DNA from: Cellulosilyticum sp.
GTDB lineage: Bacteria > Bacillota > Clostridia > Lachnospirales > Cellulosilyticaceae
Reading direction: 5' to 3'
NCBI GenBank assembly: GCA_015058045.1
Contig: SVDC01000017.1
Span: 1,327-65,326, forward strand
Length of the DNA: 64,000 bases
How positions within the stretch are numbered: position 1 is the first letter of the stretch; every line of letters begins with the position of its first letter. This document shows, in pieces, positions 47,745-57,596 of this stretch. A program made the translations under genes and the position numbers. Below the pieces are notes generated by a model. The model saw only the letters and a list, made by a program, of their open reading frames with translations, was not told the origin of the DNA and ran no database searches.

Positions 47745-48782
47745 CTAAAGTAACTTTACAAGTTGCTCTATAATGCTACTACAATGTTCCTGAGTTATTC
47801 CAAAATCCATCTCTTTATATGTCCATGCAGCTCTTGAAATATTATATTTCTCAAATACACTATGAATATCTTTGTACCAATTTAAAGTAGAGATTGGGTC
47901 AGCCTTGTCAATAACACCATATTCTCCACAATAAAGTGGGACATTTCTCTCTTCTGCAATATGGATAGCTTCTATAAATAATTTCTCAAAAAAGTGCGTA
48001 TCTAGATTAGTTGTAGGGTCTTGTGAATGTGTTATATAAATTTGCTCACTTCCAGGTGAAAGAAATTGCTTAGAACTATCTATATAGTTTTGGGTTTGAT
48101 TTGGATAAGGAGTAGAAAAGTTGGTTGACATTTCTTTAATCCAACACGCAGATTGATGCGTAAAGATTAGTGGCTCATAAAAATGGAAATTATATACAAT
48201 ATATTCATCATAAGGCATATCAAGCATTTTTAGTGCTTCAATACTATTATTTCTTACCCCTCCAACTAAAATATGAGTAGTTGGTGCATATTTTCTTATT
48301 GATTGTATAGTACGTTTGGTAAGAGTGTTCCATATATCAGATATATTGCTATCAACAATCTCATTTAATAATTCAAATGAAATGCAGTCGCTATATTTCC
48401 CATAACGTTTTGCAAGTTCTACCCAAAGAGAAATAAACATATTTTGTAGTTTTTCACTTTGAAAAAAGTCAGTTGAAGTTTCATATTCATCAAAACAATA
48501 TCCAAGGGCTTTATGTAGGTCAAGAATCATATTCAAATGATATGTTTTACACCATTTAATACAATTATCAATATACACAAATCCTTCCGCAATAAATTCT
48601 CCATTATTTGCTTGAACTAATTCATAATCAATAGGTAACCTAATATGATCAAGACCCCATGACGCAATACGTTGGATATCTTTTTCACCTATAAAAGTAT
48701 CATAATGATCTTTTGAATGTTTGCATTGTGAGAGCCATCCACCAAGATTAATGCCTTTTTTAAATCCTTGGAATGATTTCAT
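47745..48782 (-). CDS. GH5 intracellular cellodextrinase/endoglucanase (CelC-like)
   Basis: GINLGGWLSQ, DHIRLPIDY, FELLNE (acid/base) and LYCGEYG (nucleophile); no signal peptide. Confidence 0.9.
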   Translation of the reverse strand: MKSFQGFKKGINLGGWLSQCKHSKDHYDTFIGEKDIQRIASWGLDHIRLPIDYELVQANNGEFIAEGFVYIDNCIKWCKTYHLNMILDLHKALGYCFDEYETSTDFFQSEKLQNMFISLWVELAKRYGKYSDCISFELLNEIVDSNISDIWNTLTKRTIQSIRKYAPTTHILVGGVRNNSIEALKMLDMPYDEYIVYNFHFYEPLIFTHQSACWIKEMSTNFSTPYPNQTQNYIDSSKQFLSPGSEQIYITHSQDPTTNLDTHFFEKLFIEAIHIAEERNVPLYCGEYGVIDKADPISTLNWYKDIHSVFEKYNISRAAWTYKEMDFGITQEHCSSIIEQLVKLL

Positions 48783-48977
48783 AAATTATCTCCTTGTTTA
48801 ATTTTATTTTCAAGGTTCTTTTATCTAACACACCCTTGTTATTTAATTAGTTTTATAAAGAAAAATATTTAGAATATTAGCATAGATAAATGATACAAAA
48901 ATTAAGAGATAGGAACAATGTAGAATCTTATATAATCAGGTAAGTCAGAAGCATAAATTATATCATTTAATGCATTT

Positions 48978-49028
48978 AAGGGTCTATTAACTAGTTAATT
49001 CCATGAATTAATAAGTTAATAGACCCTT
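48978..49028 (-). terminator. Long hairpin terminator of the APC permease gene
   Basis: AAGGGTCTATTAACT...AGTTAATAGACCCTT with an inner TTAATTC/GAATTAA stem. Confidence 0.7.
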
Positions 49029-49044
49029 TTATGATATTTTTTTA

Positions 49045-50397
49045 TTAATCTTCAGTAGGCAATGTTTCAGAAACCGTACCATTTTTTCTATGATAATAGA
49101 TATATGCACTTACTAGAATGCAAGCACAAATTAATACATAGACAATAAACAGTTTGTTTTGGAAGCCTACATATAAAATGATTAAGGAACCTAAAATAGC
49201 TAAGATTGGTGTTACCTTGCCTTTAAAGAAACTTTTAATTTCACCTTTAAATGCAAGACGTAATACTTCGTAATAGAGACCAATGAATAGTACATAATTA
49301 AGTGTAACGGCAATCTCAGATATATCAGAGTTTGGTAATATGTTATATGCTTGAGTTACATAATGAACCAAAATCCAGAAGAACATAATAAGACCACCAA
49401 TTATATATGAATACAATGGTACATTATATTTTTTATTAATTTGTACAATCTTAGGAGAGGCAGGGAACATATTTCTAATTGCTAATGAATAAGGAACTTG
49501 GAATAAGGCAGTTGCTAGTCCGTTAGCAGTTGCTACTACAGAAATAATAACAAATACCAAGATCCCTTTAGCAGCCCATGGTCCCAAAAGACTAGCAGTA
49601 GCCAATTCCACGTGATGATCACCTGAACTCATAATAGCTTCTGGACCTAAGTAAACACTCATACCAACAAAGTATAATAAGTACATAAATAAAATAATAA
49701 GTGGTGATATAATGAGTGCTAATGGTACATTTTTCTTTGCATTTCTTACATTATGTGAGATACCTGTTGCTACAATCCAACCATCAAAGGCAAATACAAT
49801 AGGAATTAAGGCGCTTAACCAAGATCCACTTACTAATTCAGGTGAAGTAACCGTAACAGCAGATGATGGATTTCCAAAAAGAAAACCTGCAATCCCAATT
49901 AAAAATAGAGGAATCAGTTTGATAAAAGTAGCAGCAGTTTGGAAATAAGTAGCAACTTGTTTTGTAAGAATGTTGACTACAATAATAGCTAAAGCAACAA
50001 TAATACCAATTATCATTTGAGTTTTTAATGTAGCTGTAATACCAAATAGCATGCAAGTGTAAATACCTACAACATAGCATACGACAGCAATTGTAGTTGG
50101 ATAATAAAGAAGTAGTTGGAACCAACCTAGTGCACAAGCTGCGCCATTACCATAAGCATCTTCTGCATAGGAAACAATACCACCAGGTTTATCTGTTCTG
50201 GCAGCAAGTTCGGATAAGGTTAAACTACCGAAGATAATACTAATAGCAGCAATACAAAATGCTAAGACACCAAGGAAAATATTCCCATTAGTTGCCATTA
50301 GGATATTATCACTTTTAAAGAAGATCCCCGAACCAATTACAACACCAACAATCATGCTGATGCAGGTCAGGAGATTATATTGACTTTTGTTTGTCAT
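49045..50397 (-). CDS. APC-family amino acid permease
   Basis: VIGSGIFFK, ELAAR...GG and FAFDGW motifs; about 12 TM segments. Confidence 0.9.
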   Translation of the reverse strand: MTNKSQYNLLTCISMIVGVVIGSGIFFKSDNILMATNGNIFLGVLAFCIAAISIIFGSLTLSELAARTDKPGGIVSYAEDAYGNGAACALGWFQLLLYYPTTIAVVCYVVGIYTCMLFGITATLKTQMIIGIIVALAIIVVNILTKQVATYFQTAATFIKLIPLFLIGIAGFLFGNPSSAVTVTSPELVSGSWLSALIPIVFAFDGWIVATGISHNVRNAKKNVPLALIISPLIILFMYLLYFVGMSVYLGPEAIMSSGDHHVELATASLLGPWAAKGILVFVIISVVATANGLATALFQVPYSLAIRNMFPASPKIVQINKKYNVPLYSYIIGGLIMFFWILVHYVTQAYNILPNSDISEIAVTLNYVLFIGLYYEVLRLAFKGEIKSFFKGKVTPILAILGSLIILYVGFQNKLFIVYVLICACILVSAYIYYHRKNGTVSETLPTED

Positions 50398-50553
50398 ATT
50401 AAAGTCCTCCGTGTTGTCATAAGTCTATAGCATGTTCTATTATAATGGTAAAGAATAGGGAGTACAATTACTTTTTCATAAAAATATGATAAGGTCTTAT
50501 GAAGAGGAGAATGTATACTTTGTATAAGATAAGATGAAAAGGAGAAAAGGATT

Positions 50554-51249
50554 ATGACAAAGATAGCAGCTATTATTGTAGCAGGTGGCAGTGGGAAACG
50601 TATGGGGACTGCGATAAAAAAACAATTTATTAAATTACAAGATAAAGAAGTATTAGCACATACAATTGAAGCATTTAATGCTTTAGAGGAAATCTCAGAG
50701 GTTATAGTAGTAACAGGAGAAGAAGATATTCATAAAGTTCAAACAGAAATTGTAGAAGCTTATCACTTTAATAAAGTAAGTAAAGTAGTTGCAGGTGGTA
50801 AAGAAAGACAAGACTCTGTCTATAATGGGCTTATGGCAACGAGTGAGGAAATAGAGTATGTTATGATACATGATGGTGCTAGACCATTTATATCTAAAGA
50901 GCTATTGAAAAGAGCTATTGAAAAAACTATAGAATGTAAAGCAACCATTATAGCAGTTCCAGTAAAAGATACCATTAAGGTGGTGGAACCAAAAGTGGGA
51001 ATAGTAGAGAGAACGCCAGAAAGAGAAAAGCTATGGGCAGTTCAAACACCACAATCCTTTGAGAAAAAGTTATTAATAGAAGCTTATGAAGATGCTCAGC
51101 AGAAAGGATTACAAGTAACAGATGATAGTATGATTGTAGAAGCATATGGAAATAGAGTTCATGTAGTGTTAGGGGATTATACCAATATTAAAATTACAAC
51201 ACCAGAGGATTTAGTTATTGGAGAAAGTATTTTAAGCAATAAGCAGTAA
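50554..51249 (+). CDS. ispD: 2-C-methyl-D-erythritol 4-phosphate cytidylyltransferase
   Basis: AGGSGKRMG, KKQF, GGKERQDSV, HDGARPF, VQTPQ and NIKITTPED motifs. Confidence 0.96.
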   Translation: MTKIAAIIVAGGSGKRMGTAIKKQFIKLQDKEVLAHTIEAFNALEEISEVIVVTGEEDIHKVQTEIVEAYHFNKVSKVVAGGKERQDSVYNGLMATSEEIEYVMIHDGARPFISKELLKRAIEKTIECKATIIAVPVKDTIKVVEPKVGIVERTPEREKLWAVQTPQSFEKKLLIEAYEDAQQKGLQVTDDSMIVEAYGNRVHVVLGDYTNIKITTPEDLVIGESILSNKQ

Positions 51250-51262
51250 AATGAATGGCGTA

Positions 51263-51326
51263 CTAAAAAAAAGATACCTTTAGAGAAATTTAAGTCATCA
51301 TCATACATGTTTAACCTTGTTATACT
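51263..51326 (+). promoter_or_regulatory. Activator box plus extended -10 of the GH161 operon
   Basis: CTAAAAAAAAGATACCT (51263-51279) and TGTTATACT; -10 starts at 51321. Confidence 0.6.
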
Positions 51327-51376
51327 AAAGTAAAAAGTATAAGTATACAAAAAAATTGTATACGGAGGAGGAAATA

Positions 51377-54300
51377 ATGTTTGATGAACAAGGGCGCTTT
51401 ATAATAAATGATTATGCTAAAAAAACTACTTTTTCAAGTTTTCTTCCAGGGATTAGTGGGAAGCAAGGTATACCCATTTGGTGTTTTTATGTGAATAGAG
51501 GACAAGGTGTAGCCAGCTTTGGAGTAGAAGATAAAGAGCATTCTATTATGGAATTCTATCCTGCTCATCAGGCCTATGCTTTGGTAAGTAAATTAGGTTT
51601 TCGTACTTTTATGAAAATAGATGGTAATTATTATGAGGCTTTTGCTAAAGATGATACGCAGCAAACTATGTATATAGGAATGAATGAGTTTGAAGTAGAA
51701 GAAAACAATGAGACAAATCATATAAAGACAAATGCCCTATACTTTACATTACCTAATGAGAATCTAGGGGCTCTTATGCGTAAGCTTACCGTAAAGAATA
51801 CAGATACTATAGAAAAAGAAATAGAAATAATAGATGGAATGGCAGCTATATTACCTTATGGCATTGGTATTAGTTCTATGAAAGCAATGGGACAAACATC
51901 AAAGGCTTGGATGCAAGTTGAAGATGTAGAGAAGAAGCTACCTTATTTTAGGGTGCCTATGACTATGGGAGATACAGCTGATGTTAAAGAGATTGACGCA
52001 GGGCATTTCTATTTTTGTATAGATCAAAGAGGAGAACTCTTACCTGTTATTGTAGATCCTGATGTGGTTTTTGAATATGATACGACCATGAATACTGCAG
52101 TAGGACTAAAAGAAGCAACTTTAGAGGAAATGTATCAAAGAAAACAAGTTACTAGAAATCATGTGCCTTGTAGCTTCTTTGGCAAGAAAGTCAAACTAAA
52201 TGCTGGTGAATCGATAACTTTCTATGAAGTAATTGGGCAAGTAGCTCATAAAACTGTTTTACAGCAGTTTTATAAGAAATGCCAATCACCAGCATATTTT
52301 GAAATGAAAAGAAAAGAAAATAATGATTTAACAGAAGCACTTTGCAAAGGTATTATGACCAGAACAGGAGATAAAGTTTTTGATGAATACTGTAAACAAA
52401 CTTATTTAGATAACTTGCTACGTGGTGGTTATCCTATGGTTTTAGGTGAAAATAAAATCTTCTATCTTTATTCAAGAAAGCATGGCGATATAGAGCGTGA
52501 CTATAATTTCTTTAGTATGTTGCCAGAGTATTATTCACAAGGAAATGCAAACTATAGAGACGTCAATCAAAATAGAAGGTGTGATGTATTATTTAATCCT
52601 TATGTCAAAGACTATAATGTAAAAACATTTTTCAATATGATACAGTTAGATGGTTATAATCCATTATCGGTTCAGAAGACTACTTATTATGTAGATGAAA
52701 AAGGGCAACTTCAATTAGTAGAGCTTATCCTAAGTGATTATAAGGCAGAGTTTAAAGAGCTTCTAGCAAAACCATTTACACCAGGGCAGATTAAGATGTA
52801 CCTAGAGAAGAGACAAGAAGCGCTTACGGATGATAAAGAAATAGTCTTTAATAAAGTATTCAAAGAAGCGAAAGAAAGCGTCAATGCAGAACTAGGAGAA
52901 GGTTACTGGACTGACCACTGGACTTATAACCTAGACTTAATAGAATCTTATCTCATGGTTTATCCTGAAAAAGAGCATGAGTTGCTGTTTAGGGATAATA
53001 CATATACTTATTTTGAATCAAAAGCAGTAATTAATCCAAGAGGTAAACGCTATACTTTAACAGATAAAGGTATAAGACAATATAATGCTGTTGATTATGA
53101 ACTCAAACAAAATATTACGCATAAAGAAGCTAAAACGCAAAATGGTAAAGGAGAGATTTTTACATCTAATTTAATGGCTAAAATTATTTTATTAGATGTT
53201 GTGAAGTTTACTAATTTAGATCCTTACGGTATGGGAATTGAAATGGAGGGCGGTAAACCAGGGTGGTATGATGCCCTGAATGGTTTACCAGGTTTATTAG
53301 GTTCATCTATGTGCGAGACATACGAATTATCTAGGTTATTAACCTTTACTATTGAAAAGCTGAAAAAATACAAAGAACCAGTATGTATGAGTACAGAAAT
53401 GATCTGGCTCATGTGTCAATTAGAAGATATATTAGAGGAAGTTAGTAGCATACAAGATGAAGAAGAGCGTATGCAAACGAGATGGCAAAAAGTTAATGAA
53501 GCTAAAGAACATTATCGTGAATTAATTCAATTTGGTGTAAAAGGTACAACGCAGCAGGTTATGTATAGTGATCTCATTCGTATACTTGAAGCATTGCTAG
53601 AGCAAGTTATACAAGGAATAGAAAAAGCAAAAGAATATGGAGATGGTATATGTCCAACATATTTTAGATATGATGTAGAAGAATATGAGAACATAGATGA
53701 TGAAATTCAGATTAAGAAAGTAAAAGTACATAAAATGCCAGATTTTCTAGAAGGACCTGTTCGCTATTTGAAACTAGATGCATCTAAAGAAGATAAGAAA
53801 GCGTTATATGAACATGTTAAAGCAAGTGATTTATACGATAAAAAACTCAAAATGTATAAAGTGAATGCACCATTAAAAGATGAACCTTATGAAATTGGTA
53901 GAGCAAGAGCCTTTACAGCAGGATGGTTAGAGAATGAATCCATCTGGCTACATATGGAGTACAAGTATTTGTTAGAATTACTTCGCTCAGAAATGTATAA
54001 AGAGTTTATAGTAGACTTTAAAACAACAGGTGTACCATTTTTAGATGAAAATATGTATGGACGTAGCTTATTGGAAAATTCCTCTTTTATAGTAAGTAGT
54101 GCAAATCCTGATGAGAAAATTCATGGAAAGGGATATGTGGCAAGACTAAGTGGGTCAACAGCGGAGTTTTTACATATCTGGCAGTTAATGATGTTTGGTA
54201 AGCAGCTTTTTACTGTAGAGAATGAAAATCTAGTATTAAGACTACAACCTTGTTTACCGAAATATCTGATAGATGATAAACAAGAGGTTGAGTGTACTTT

Positions 54301-54499
54301 ATTAGGAAGAATTAGTGTGATCTATCGTGTAAATAAGTGTGCAGATTTTATACCTGGAAGCTATAAGATTACCCAAATTAAAGTAGTAGATGATGCTCAA
54401 ATAGAGACAGTATATGAAAAAGATATCTTATTAAATGAGGTAGCTGAAAAAGTACGTCAAGGAAAAGTGATTAGAATGGAAGTAAATCTTGAAGCATAA
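51377..54499 (+). CDS. GH161-type beta-1,3-glucan phosphorylase (often labelled cellobiose phosphorylase)
   Basis: SSFLPGISG..GIP.WCFYVNRGQ, RKHGDIERDYN, QGNANYRDVNQNRR, GEGYWTDHWTY, GGKPGWYDALNGLPG, GWLENESIWLHMEYKY and ARLSGSTAEF. Start at ATG 51377 after GGAGGAGG. Confidence 0.75.
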   Translation: MFDEQGRFIINDYAKKTTFSSFLPGISGKQGIPIWCFYVNRGQGVASFGVEDKEHSIMEFYPAHQAYALVSKLGFRTFMKIDGNYYEAFAKDDTQQTMYIGMNEFEVEENNETNHIKTNALYFTLPNENLGALMRKLTVKNTDTIEKEIEIIDGMAAILPYGIGISSMKAMGQTSKAWMQVEDVEKKLPYFRVPMTMGDTADVKEIDAGHFYFCIDQRGELLPVIVDPDVVFEYDTTMNTAVGLKEATLEEMYQRKQVTRNHVPCSFFGKKVKLNAGESITFYEVIGQVAHKTVLQQFYKKCQSPAYFEMKRKENNDLTEALCKGIMTRTGDKVFDEYCKQTYLDNLLRGGYPMVLGENKIFYLYSRKHGDIERDYNFFSMLPEYYSQGNANYRDVNQNRRCDVLFNPYVKDYNVKTFFNMIQLDGYNPLSVQKTTYYVDEKGQLQLVELILSDYKAEFKELLAKPFTPGQIKMYLEKRQEALTDDKEIVFNKVFKEAKESVNAELGEGYWTDHWTYNLDLIESYLMVYPEKEHELLFRDNTYTYFESKAVINPRGKRYTLTDKGIRQYNAVDYELKQNITHKEAKTQNGKGEIFTSNLMAKIILLDVVKFTNLDPYGMGIEMEGGKPGWYDALNGLPGLLGSSMCETYELSRLLTFTIEKLKKYKEPVCMSTEMIWLMCQLEDILEEVSSIQDEEERMQTRWQKVNEAKEHYRELIQFGVKGTTQQVMYSDLIRILEALLEQVIQGIEKAKEYGDGICPTYFRYDVEEYENIDDEIQIKKVKVHKMPDFLEGPVRYLKLDASKEDKKALYEHVKASDLYDKKLKMYKVNAPLKDEPYEIGRARAFTAGWLENESIWLHMEYKYLLELLRSEMYKEFIVDFKTTGVPFLDENMYGRSLLENSSFIVSSANPDEKIHGKGYVARLSGSTAEFLHIWQLMMFGKQLFTVENENLVLRLQPCLPKYLIDDKQEVECTLLGRISVIYRVNKCADFIPGSYKITQIKVVDDAQIETVYEKDILLNEVAEKVRQGKVIRMEVNLEA

Positions 54500-54523
54500 T
54501 TAATGAGACAAAAGAGGTGCGAC

Positions 54524-55561
54524 ATGAATCAGTTAAAAAGAATATTAAGCATACTATTTATAAGTTTGATAGGGGTCATTAGTTTTAGTGGATGCCAGAA
54601 AAGTGTAAAGCCTTATAAGGAACAAAATGTAGTAACAGTAGGAGAAAATCAGATTTATCTAGATGAGATGATGTATCATATTATGATTGCAGAATTTCAA
54701 GGACAACTCATAAACTCTTATTTTGGAAATAAAAAAGACTACTGGGAAGGTGAACACGAAAAAGGCATAACAGTAAGCGAAGCTATGAAAGCTCAAGTGA
54801 TGGAAGATGTTATTAGATATGAAGTGCTTTATCAAGAAGCAATAAATGAAAATATGACTTTGACTGAGGAAGAGAAAAATATAGCTCATAGCACGGTAAT
54901 GAATATGCAAAAGGACATTATGGAGCAACAACTGACCGCTACTCAATTATCTAGAGAAGATATGGAAGCGATTCAAGAGAAGATGGCACTTGCTAATAAG
55001 TATTACATAGAAAGTCTAAAAAGATTAAAGGTTGATGAAGAGACAATTAAAAAGCAGATTAACCTTAAGGATTATGTGACATATGATCTACAATATCTTT
55101 TTGTACCAACAACAAAAGGAAATCTAGACGCTATGACACAAGAAGAAAAGAAGCAACGTTATACTGTAATCAATAGTTATCTTGAAGAGGCTAAAAAGAT
55201 AGAGGAGTTTGAGAAAATAGATTATGAAAAGGATAAAGATATAGGCGTAAAATCGGGTGAAGTATCCTTTATAATGAATGAGCAGCCATTTGGTGAAGAG
55301 GTGGAAATCTTAGAGCAAGTTTTAAAGTTAGAAGTAGGTCAAGTAAGTGATGTGTTTGAAACATGTAAAGGGTATTACATTATTAAGTGCTCACAGAAGG
55401 ATGATACGACTCAATATGATGAGGTAGTTAAAGCGCAACAGCAAGAAACTTTTGATGCTTTTTATGAGGAGCTAAAAACGAAGTATCAGATTAAAATTAA
55501 CCAACCTGTATGGAAGACTGTTAAGTTAGGGTATATGACAATTAATACATCGGAGAATTAA
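54524..55561 (+). CDS. PrsA/SurA-like parvulin-domain lipoprotein
   Basis: Lipobox FSGC; parvulin C-terminal pattern LEVGQVSDVFETCKGYYIIK. Start at ATG 54524. Confidence 0.75.
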   Translation: MNQLKRILSILFISLIGVISFSGCQKSVKPYKEQNVVTVGENQIYLDEMMYHIMIAEFQGQLINSYFGNKKDYWEGEHEKGITVSEAMKAQVMEDVIRYEVLYQEAINENMTLTEEEKNIAHSTVMNMQKDIMEQQLTATQLSREDMEAIQEKMALANKYYIESLKRLKVDEETIKKQINLKDYVTYDLQYLFVPTTKGNLDAMTQEEKKQRYTVINSYLEEAKKIEEFEKIDYEKDKDIGVKSGEVSFIMNEQPFGEEVEILEQVLKLEVGQVSDVFETCKGYYIIKCSQKDDTTQYDEVVKAQQQETFDAFYEELKTKYQIKINQPVWKTVKLGYMTINTSEN

Positions 55562-55610
55562 ATAAAGAATAGTAAATCAATTAGGTGCATCTTTTTTGTA
55601 AAAGATGCAC

Positions 55611-55674
55611 CTAAAAAAATGATACCTAAAACAAAAAAATATACATTATATTATAAAAATCAAAATTATATAAT
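55611..55674 (+). promoter_or_regulatory. Activator box plus -10 of the ABC importer operon
   Basis: CTAAAAAAATGATACCT (55611-55627) and TATAAT starting at 55669; same spacing as at the GH161 promoter. Confidence 0.6.
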
Positions 55675-55708
55675 AAATACAACAGAAAAACGTATGGGAG
55701 GTATTCTT

Positions 55709-56659
55709 ATGGCGAAAGTAGCAGTGGTAAAAATGCCGAAAAGTAAAAATGGAACAGTGCTATTAAAAAAACTTTGGGAACAAAGAGGTTTACAATTGAT
55801 GGCAGTACCAGGGTTAATTTGGATTTTGGTATTTAATTATATACCTATGGCAGGACTTGTAATAGCCTTTAAAAAATTTAAAATTACAGAATCCATTTTT
55901 AGTGGAGAGTGGGTAGGACTTAAATACTTTAAGGAGTTTATACAAGATACTAACTTTGCAAGTATCATGACGAATACGCTGGGGATTAGCTTGCTAAAGT
56001 TAGTTATTGGTTTTCCGCTTCCTATTATTTTTGCCTTACTTTTAAATGAGATTAGAGGAACAAGATTTAAAAAACTCACACAAACCATTTCATACTTACC
56101 TCACTTTCTTTCTTGGGTTGTACTTGGAGGTATTATGGTATCCTGGTTATCAAAAGAAGGCGTAATTAATGATTTCCTTGTAGCGATGAACATTATCAAA
56201 GAACCAATTTCTCTACTAGGAGAGCCGAAATACTTCTGGGGCATTGCATTGATTTCAGATACTTGGAAAGAGATGGGATGGTCGGCGATTATTTACCTAG
56301 CAGCAATTGCAGGTGTAGATCAGCAATTATATGAAGCGGCCACAGTAGATGGCGCAACTAAACTTCAAAAGATTAAAGCAATTACGATTCCTTGTATTGC
56401 AGGTACAATTGCGATTATGTTAATTTTACAAGTTGCATCTTTATTAAATTCTAACTTTGATCAAATTCTGATCTTAAAGAATCAAATTAACATAGAGCGT
56501 AGCCAAGTAATTGATACCTACGTTTATCAAGTAGGTATGACAATGGGAAAATATTCTTATGCTACAGCAGTTGGTTTATTTAAATCAGTGATCGCTCTAT
56601 TCTTACTACTTGTTTCAAATACAGTTAGTAAGAAATTCTTAGGAAGATCATTATACTAG
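55709..56659 (+). CDS. Oligosaccharide ABC permease 1 (LplB-type)
   Basis: YIPMAGLVIAFK, LPHFLSWVV and EAA motif LYEAATVDGA. Start at ATG 55709 after GGAGG. Confidence 0.92.
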   Translation: MAKVAVVKMPKSKNGTVLLKKLWEQRGLQLMAVPGLIWILVFNYIPMAGLVIAFKKFKITESIFSGEWVGLKYFKEFIQDTNFASIMTNTLGISLLKLVIGFPLPIIFALLLNEIRGTRFKKLTQTISYLPHFLSWVVLGGIMVSWLSKEGVINDFLVAMNIIKEPISLLGEPKYFWGIALISDTWKEMGWSAIIYLAAIAGVDQQLYEAATVDGATKLQKIKAITIPCIAGTIAIMLILQVASLLNSNFDQILILKNQINIERSQVIDTYVYQVGMTMGKYSYATAVGLFKSVIALFLLLVSNTVSKKFLGRSLY

Positions 56660-56671
56660 GGAGGCAGAAAA

Positions 56672-57568
56672 ATGAAAAATATTAGTTTTAGTAAACCTAG
56701 CGGAGAGAAAGTTTTTGATATTATTAATACGCTTATTATGCTACTAATTTGTTTCTTATGTGTCTATCCTATTTGGTATGTAGTGGTTAATTCATTTAAT
56801 GATGCAACAGACGCTATGAAGGGTGGTATATATTGGTGGCCAAGAAAGTTCTCGCTTGAAAATTACATAAAAGTATTTAAAGATGATAGGTTATTACAAT
56901 CCTTTAAAATAACAATAGTAAAAACGGTTATTGGGACAGCTTGTAATGTGTTCTTTACAGCGATGGTAGCTTATCCACTTTCTAAAAAGTACTTAGTAGG
57001 TAGAAAAGTATACATGGGAATTGGGACGATTACAATGTTCTTTTCAGGAGGATTAATTCCAACATTTATTCTTTTAAAGAACTTAAATTTACTTAACAAT
57101 TTCCTTGTGTATATTATCCCAGCAGCTTTTAACTTCTTTAACTTAATTATATTTGGAAACTTCTTTAATGAACTTCCGTCAGCACTAGAAGAATCTGCTA
57201 AAATGGATGGAGCCAGTGACTGGACCATTTTTATGAAGATTATTTTACCATTATCTAAGCCAGTACTTGCAACTATTGCACTGTTTGCAGGTGTTGGTCA
57301 ATGGAATGATTATTTTTCAGGACTCATGTATATGACAAATCGTACAGATTTGGAACCAGTTCAAACATTTCTTTATCGCCTTGTAGCACAAGTACAATCT
57401 AATCAAATGGCAGGTATAGCGGCTACAAATATTACGGCGAATACAACAACAGCAACTTCTATTAAGTTAGCTGCTATGGTAATTACAACATTGCCTATAT
57501 GCTGCGTCTATCCATTCCTTCAAAAATATTTTGTTAAAGGAATGTTGGTAGGAGCAGTTAAGGAATAA
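56672..57568 (+). CDS. Oligosaccharide ABC permease 2 (LplC-type)
   Basis: MFFSGGLIP, LEESAKMDGA and YPFLQKYFVKGMLVGAVKE. Confidence 0.92.
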   Translation: MKNISFSKPSGEKVFDIINTLIMLLICFLCVYPIWYVVVNSFNDATDAMKGGIYWWPRKFSLENYIKVFKDDRLLQSFKITIVKTVIGTACNVFFTAMVAYPLSKKYLVGRKVYMGIGTITMFFSGGLIPTFILLKNLNLLNNFLVYIIPAAFNFFNLIIFGNFFNELPSALEESAKMDGASDWTIFMKIILPLSKPVLATIALFAGVGQWNDYFSGLMYMTNRTDLEPVQTFLYRLVAQVQSNQMAGIAATNITANTTTATSIKLAAMVITTLPICCVYPFLQKYFVKGMLVGAVKE

Positions 57569-57596
57569 ATTTAGGTGTTATTAAGGGGGAGAAAAT

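Noticed and set aside
51377-54499. Calling the large enzyme a GH94 cellobiose phosphorylase
   Set aside because: It is longer than typical cellobiose phosphorylases, and its motifs (QGNANYRDVNQNRR, GWLENESIWLHMEYKY) fit GH161/GH149-type enzymes better.
55581-55614. 15-bp inverted repeat as the terminator of the GH161-foldase operon
   Set aside because: It is followed by an A tract rather than U on the + strand; the tract belongs to the shared 17-bp box. It may be a stabilising stem-loop but was not called a terminator.
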